In this document: positions 27,511-32,000 of the stretch, piece after piece | Layout: each line of letters begins with the position of its first letter | Numbering within the stretch: position 1 is the first letter of the stretch | From: Candidatus Odinarchaeota archaeon | GTDB lineage: Archaea; Asgardarchaeota; Odinarchaeia; Odinarchaeales; Odinarchaeaceae | NCBI GenBank assembly: GCA_016839265.1 | Contig: JAEOUO010000002.1 | Span: 1 to 32,000 of the forward strand | Reading direction: 5' to 3' | DNA: 32,000 nt | Position numbers and translations under genes: made by a program | The notes under the pieces: model-generated | The model's database searches: none | The model's input: only the letters and a program-made list of their open reading frames with translations | What the model was told of the DNA's origin: nothing

Positions 27511-28443
27511 TCAATCTTGGTAGTAAATAACGTTATCTTTTATTATAAGACGGCTTAATTCATTTTGTAAAATCTCTAAAACCGCCGGTAGCTCCTTGTT
27601 ACTGATTTTTAAACTGTTTAAAACATCTTCAAACATTATTTTTCTTCTCTGATTAATTAACTCTTTAACATTATTTTTAATTCTAATTATTCTTCTTAAA
27701 GTGTTTCTAATGAAATCTATAGCTGCAGTTTCCTCCATTAATTTGCATTTTGATAATAACTCGGTGATAAAAGTGTTTAAAACTCGCTTATTTAAACTAT
27801 CACTTAAATTATTGTATTCAATAATTTTTCTTTCAAGATCATAGTAGACTGCACTTCTATTTTTTAAAATATTTTTAATTTCAAATTTAGTTGAGCCTAT
27901 TATCGAGCCTTCTAAAAATATCTCTTTATACTCGTAAAAATATGTTTCTTTAAAAATAGGGGATAACGCTAAAATTGTATAAATATACTTGCAGACGTCG
28001 TCTCTGCGTTCACCTAAAACTATTATAGTATTGTTTAAAAGCAGGTGTTTAATTATATGAGCTAAATCCTCTAATTTAGTTTTATCTAGAACAAATTTAA
28101 GCGAGTTAAGCGCTACGGAGTCTATTATCGTGTTTAAAGAATCTTTTTCAAGATTCATAATGAAAGCTAACTGTATTTGGGAAAGCTTCCACCTCATTAT
28201 CTTCGGATCAACGTCTTTACTGCTTACTATTACTATTAAAAATCTCCCTACCTTTCTAAGCCAGAAATTATAGTCTTTAGTGGAGAACATCTCTAAGTCT
28301 TGCCCTGTAATCTCTTTAAAAAAAGAGTTTTGAGCGCTGATATATCCTGAAATCAGAGTCGGATCTACTTTTATCTCACCGTAGATACGGGTAACTATCG
28401 GAATCCCATAAGTGTCTAAAATATAAATATTATGAATTATCAT
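27511..28443 (-). CDS. Longin + cDENN-like + C-terminal wHTH-like protein
   Basis: N-terminal longin (IYILDTYGIPIVTRIY...LISGYISAQNSFFKEI), cDENN-like LAHIIKHLLLNNTIIVLG...YTILALSP (residues 127-162), helix-turn-helix-like tail. GGAGG RBS. Confidence 0.55.
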   Translation of the reverse strand: MIIHNIYILDTYGIPIVTRIYGEIKVDPTLISGYISAQNSFFKEITGQDLEMFSTKDYNFWLRKVGRFLIVIVSSKDVDPKIMRWKLSQIQLAFIMNLEKDSLNTIIDSVALNSLKFVLDKTKLEDLAHIIKHLLLNNTIIVLGERRDDVCKYIYTILALSPIFKETYFYEYKEIFLEGSIIGSTKFEIKNILKNRSAVYYDLERKIIEYNNLSDSLNKRVLNTFITELLSKCKLMEETAAIDFIRNTLRRIIRIKNNVKELINQRRKIMFEDVLNSLKISNKELPAVLEILQNELSRLIIKDNVIYYQD

Positions 28444-28876
28444 TAACCCTCCTTATCTATATTTGATACCGTAAGTTATAAACCGTTATTTAATAATGCG
28501 ATATAAAATGGACTGAACCTATAATTCACCCTTGTTTAACTATTTTAAAATGGTTTTCAACTCATTTTAACTTTATTCTTGATTATAACTATTTTATCAT
28601 TAGTTTTGTTCAGCTTCCGTGGGTTATATTCCTGTAGTTGAGTGTCATCTGTAAAATATTTGTAAGGTAAAAGAAAATTGGGACTGTTTGGATTATAAGA
28701 TTGCAGAAAGATTCAGATAATTAAGGTGACCTTGATTTTTTAAACGTTACTCGCATAAAAGACTCAGCGTATTCCCTAGCGTTAAATAACTTACTTGTTA
28801 ATTTAAACTTTTTATGTTGATTTATTTTTATAATATCTGAAATAAAAATTGTGAATATTTTTTAGAAGGTAGAATC

Positions 28877-29257
28877 GTGAAGGGTGTATATTATCTTTTA
28901 ATATATATTCGCAGAAATATTAGGCTTAAAATAGGATTTTTAGGCGATATTCTTTTTAAAAAAGGGTTTTACGTTTATGCTGGTTCAGGTAAGGGGGAAG
29001 ACAACGGCGGTGAATTATTAAACAGGATTATAAGACATTTACGGTTTATTAAACGAAATAACTGGCATATAGATTATTTGCTTTCTTCAAAATACACTGA
29101 ACTTAAAGGTGTCTGCATTATAAAAGACGAGTTTTTAACTGAATGTGAACTTGTTAAAAAAATACTTTACAAGGGTATTCCTGTGCCAGGGTTTGGCTCA
29201 ACTGATTGTAAGAATAATTGCCCCTCACATCTTATCCGGTTAACATCTTTGATGTGA
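28877..29257 (+). CDS. GIY-YIG/Uri-superfamily nuclease (DUF123-like)
   Basis: GVYYL...GFYVYAGS, RIIRH, WHIDYLL, ECEL, GFGSTDC..C.SHL. Confidence 0.85.
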   Translation: MKGVYYLLIYIRRNIRLKIGFLGDILFKKGFYVYAGSGKGEDNGGELLNRIIRHLRFIKRNNWHIDYLLSSKYTELKGVCIIKDEFLTECELVKKILYKGIPVPGFGSTDCKNNCPSHLIRLTSLM

Positions 29258-29335
29258 ATAATAATATTAATATAGGATTTCAAACACTTTCTTTAAAGGT
29301 ATTATAACGGTAGGTGTTGGTGTTGGCGTGGAGGA

Positions 29336-30847
29336 ATCTTTTTCTCATTTAATAATTTACCCGAAAAAATATATATTTTCGACACTACTTTAAGAGACGG
29401 TGAGCAAACTCCAGGTGTTGCTTTAACCACCGATGAGAAAATTGAAATCGCTCATCTTCTAGATGAGCTGAAGGTTGATGTGATAGAGGCTGGTTTTCCA
29501 ATTTCTAGTGAGGGTGAGGCTAAAGCTGTTAAGCAGATAGCGAATGAAGGGCTTAAAGCTAAGATATGCGCTTTAGCTAGAACTAAGAAGGAGGATATTG
29601 ATAAAGCTATAGACTGTAATGTTTCAAGAATTCACACTTTTATAGCCACTAGTGACATCCACATGAAATATAAGCTTCACATGGAGCCTCATCAAGTTAT
29701 TGATAAAGCGGTTTGGGCTGTAGAGTACATTAAAGATCATGGTATTGAAGTAGAGTTTTCAGCTGAAGACGCTACAAGAACTAGACTTGAATTTTTAAAA
29801 GAGATTTTCACCAAGGTTACGGAAGCCGGTGCTTCATATCTAGATATTCCTGACACTGTAGGTGTTGCAATCCCTATAGCTATGAGGAGGATAGTGAGCG
29901 AGGTTAGAAATATCACTAAGGCTAATATCTCCGTTCACTGTCATAATGATATGGGTCTGGCGGTAGCTAATACTTTAGCTGGAATAGAGGAGGGTGCGAT
30001 TCAACCTCACTGTTGTGTTAACGGGCTTGGTGAAAGAGCCGGTAATGCAGCTCTTGAAGAAGTAGCTGTAGTTTTAAAATATATGTACGGTGTTAAACTC
30101 AACTTAGATTACTCTAAGATTTATGAAACCTCTCAGAAAATAATGAGGTTAACAGGGGTTCCTTTAGCTCCTAATAAGGCTGTTGTAGGCATTAATGCAT
30201 TCTCGCATGAAAGCGGTATTCACGCTCACGGTGTTATCGAATCACCGATGACTTATGAACCGATTTCCCCTGAAGAGATAGGCGCTAGAAGTAGAATTGT
30301 AGCAGGGAAACAGAGTGGCGCTCATGGGGTAGGTAAAATTCTCGAGAATTTAGGCTTCAAATATACTCCTGAACAATTGAAGATAATCGTGGATAAAATA
30401 AAATCACTGGGTGATAAGGGGTTAAACGTTACAGAAGCTGATATTAGCTCAATAGCCAGAGCAGTGATTCAAAGCTTACCGACTCATATGAAAAAGATTA
30501 AGTTAGAAGATATATTGGTTGTTACAGGTAATAAAATAAATCCAACGGCAACTGTAAAACTTCACATAGGAGGTAAAACGGTTATAGTTGCTGCTAACGG
30601 GGTAGGCCCGATAGATGCGGCTATAAACGCTATAAGAAATGCAAGCGAGGAAGTAGCTCCTTTCACTCTTAAAGAATTCAGACTGGAAGCTATCACAGGG
30701 GGAACTCAGGCTGTAGCGGAAACAATTGTAACAATAGTTGATGAAAAAAAGAGAAGCTTTACTTCGAGAGGTTCTAGTGAGGATATTGTTATAGCAGGGG
30801 TTGAAGCGATAATAGAAGCGATTAACAAGCTGATGGCTGAATCTTAA
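29336..30847 (+). CDS. leuA: 2-isopropylmalate synthase / citramalate synthase family, with LeuA regulatory domain; true start unresolved (ORF track 29480)
   Basis: IFDTTLRDGEQTPG in frame at 29375-29416, IEAGFP, HCHNDMGLA, GLGERAGNA, HESGIH, GKQSG, C-terminal GVGPIDA domain. LeuA versus CimA cannot be resolved by eye. Confidence 0.88.
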   Translation: MFFSFNNLPEKIYIFDTTLRDGEQTPGVALTTDEKIEIAHLLDELKVDVIEAGFPISSEGEAKAVKQIANEGLKAKICALARTKKEDIDKAIDCNVSRIHTFIATSDIHMKYKLHMEPHQVIDKAVWAVEYIKDHGIEVEFSAEDATRTRLEFLKEIFTKVTEAGASYLDIPDTVGVAIPIAMRRIVSEVRNITKANISVHCHNDMGLAVANTLAGIEEGAIQPHCCVNGLGERAGNAALEEVAVVLKYMYGVKLNLDYSKIYETSQKIMRLTGVPLAPNKAVVGINAFSHESGIHAHGVIESPMTYEPISPEEIGARSRIVAGKQSGAHGVGKILENLGFKYTPEQLKIIVDKIKSLGDKGLNVTEADISSIARAVIQSLPTHMKKIKLEDILVVTGNKINPTATVKLHIGGKTVIVAANGVGPIDAAINAIRNASEEVAPFTLKEFRLEAITGGTQAVAETIVTIVDEKKRSFTSRGSSEDIVIAGVEAIIEAINKLMAES

Positions 30848-30972
30848 AATTTAAAATAAACCTCTCTTCATATTATGTTTACGATATTATTATATTCTTC
30901 TTTTATAGTACATATTACTTTAATAAACGTTAAATTTATTTGTTAATCTGTTTAAGTTTCGGGGGTGTTATT

Positions 30973-31659
30973 ATGGGTAGTAAGCTATTAGGATGGATTG
31001 TATCCATGGCGATGATTTTCGGACTAACACTTTTGTTTCTACCGGAAGGTTATGCTATGCTTATAACATGGTTTAATCCTGTTTTCGGTTTGAATCTAAC
31101 AGTTATTTTAACTGAACTTTACGCTCTATTCGGTCCTTACAATGATCTTACTCATATATCTATTCTAATAGGTGCAGCTTTAGTTGGTGGTTTGATCGCA
31201 GGGACAGGGAAAGGAGGTATAGCTGTAGCTATTTCAACTCTTTCATTCGGTTTTCTCTTAATGATCGGATTCGGTGTTTTAAGCGTTTTCACAGTTATGG
31301 GTAACCCTACTGTTCAAGCGCAATTAATGTCTCTTGTAACAAGTCCGCCTCTAGGTGTCGACATATTCGCTATTTTAAGTGCTCCTGTAATAGGAGGATT
31401 TGTTGACTCACTGATCACATTTATATTATCAGGGTTTAGCGGCGGTTTAGATATTTCAACTTTAATATCTGGTGTGGGTCAACCTATTCTCACAGCTCTT
31501 ATAGTAAACGTTATTATCGCGTTGATTATGGGTGCTATCGGCGGTAAAATCGGAGGTTACATTCTACCTAAAAAAGAGAAGTTAACTAAAACTGTTGAGA
31601 AAACCTCTCCTAGCCCTCTTGAACCTATGTTTAAACCTGACGAAGGGGTTTCAGTTTAA
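30973..31659 (+). CDS. Gly-rich multi-pass membrane protein of unknown function
   Basis: About 5-6 hydrophobic helices with GxxxG repeats. ATG 30973 follows GGGGGTG (ORF track 30940). Confidence 0.7.
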   Translation: MGSKLLGWIVSMAMIFGLTLLFLPEGYAMLITWFNPVFGLNLTVILTELYALFGPYNDLTHISILIGAALVGGLIAGTGKGGIAVAISTLSFGFLLMIGFGVLSVFTVMGNPTVQAQLMSLVTSPPLGVDIFAILSAPVIGGFVDSLITFILSGFSGGLDISTLISGVGQPILTALIVNVIIALIMGAIGGKIGGYILPKKEKLTKTVEKTSPSPLEPMFKPDEGVSV

Positions 31660-31830
31660 CCCCTACCCTATATTTTTAACATCTTTTAATTATATTTTTT
31701 TTAAATTTGAAATTTTTTCTATGTTGTGAAGATTTTGAAGATATTACCGGAGAGTGAGGATTTTTAACAATTAGTAAAGCTACTTGTGATAGCGGATGTT
31801 CATTCACCTTTGTTAACTAACAGCTTAAAT

Positions 31831-32000
31831 TTACTCAACCTGACCTAGTTTATTTTGATTAATCTGCTGGTACACTTTATCATATTCTTCAATTATTTTT
31901 TGCAGAGAGAACTGTTCTAAAACTTTTCTTCTAGCATTTTCAGATAATTTATTCGCTAAATCTTTGTTTTGAAGTATTTCAAGTATTCGCTGAGCTAACT
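31831..32000 (-). CDS. 3' end of a GT4-family glycosyltransferase, truncated by the window edge and not in the ORF track
   Basis: Manual translation 31998 to 31831: LAQRILEILQNKDLANKLSENARRKVLEQFSLQKIIEEYDKVYQQINQNKLGQVE*, the typical GT-B/GT4 C-terminal helix pattern. Confidence 0.75.
   Translation of the reverse strand, partial: LAQRILEILQNKDLANKLSENARRKVLEQFSLQKIIEEYDKVYQQINQNKLGQVE

Noticed and set aside
28444-28876. 433-bp intergenic gap with start-less minus-strand peptides of about 35-50 aa
   Set aside because: No start codon with RBS, no recognisable homology, and no tRNA-like or repeat structure; could be two divergent promoters or a decayed gene.
28877-29257. GIY-YIG gene as a homing endonuclease or mobile element
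   Set aside because: DUF123-type stand-alone genes are common in archaea; no intron, intein, terminal repeats or target duplication seen.
29364-29370. A-AAA-AAT slippery heptamer like the Sulfolobus fucosidase site
   Set aside because: The nucleotides match but the phase is wrong: canonical slippage there would not connect the GTG 29328 frame to the leuA frame.
1-32000. tRNA, rRNA or CRISPR array
   Set aside because: Intergenic spaces are short and AT-rich, with no cloverleaf, GC-rich RNA-like tract or regularly spaced repeats seen by eye.

Overview
Gene-dense, AT-rich archaeal chromosomal segment. It is most likely from an Asgard archaeon, inferred from a Rab-like small GTPase, two longin/DENN-like proteins, an isolated EF-2 with a non-canonical diphthamide loop, and GGTGA/GGAGG ribosome-binding sites; an Odinarchaeota-like thermophile is only a guess. 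There are about 29 CDSs, one of them truncated by the right edge. I found no rRNA, tRNA, CRISPR array, integrase or transposase. Main blocks: (i) methyltransferase, Rab-like GTPase, GT-C glycosyltransferase, EF-2 and a split EamA pair; (ii) ADP-forming acetate-CoA ligase, DRTGG protein, class II HMG-CoA reductase and SatP; (iii) a tight luxE-luxC-extended SDR operon with both catalytic cysteines intact but no luxAB or luxD, divergent from an atypical PLP aminotransferase (the best candidate for an undescribed system); (iv) larC/larB and a DtxR / wHTH-FeoA / FeoB metal locus with a clearly visible tandem palindromic operator; (v) a co-directional longin-DENN, PAC2, SCP2-like and longin cluster; (vi) a GIY-YIG protein and a leuA-like synthase whose conserved N-terminus has no canonical in-frame start. 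All family calls come from motif recognition by eye; no database searches were run.
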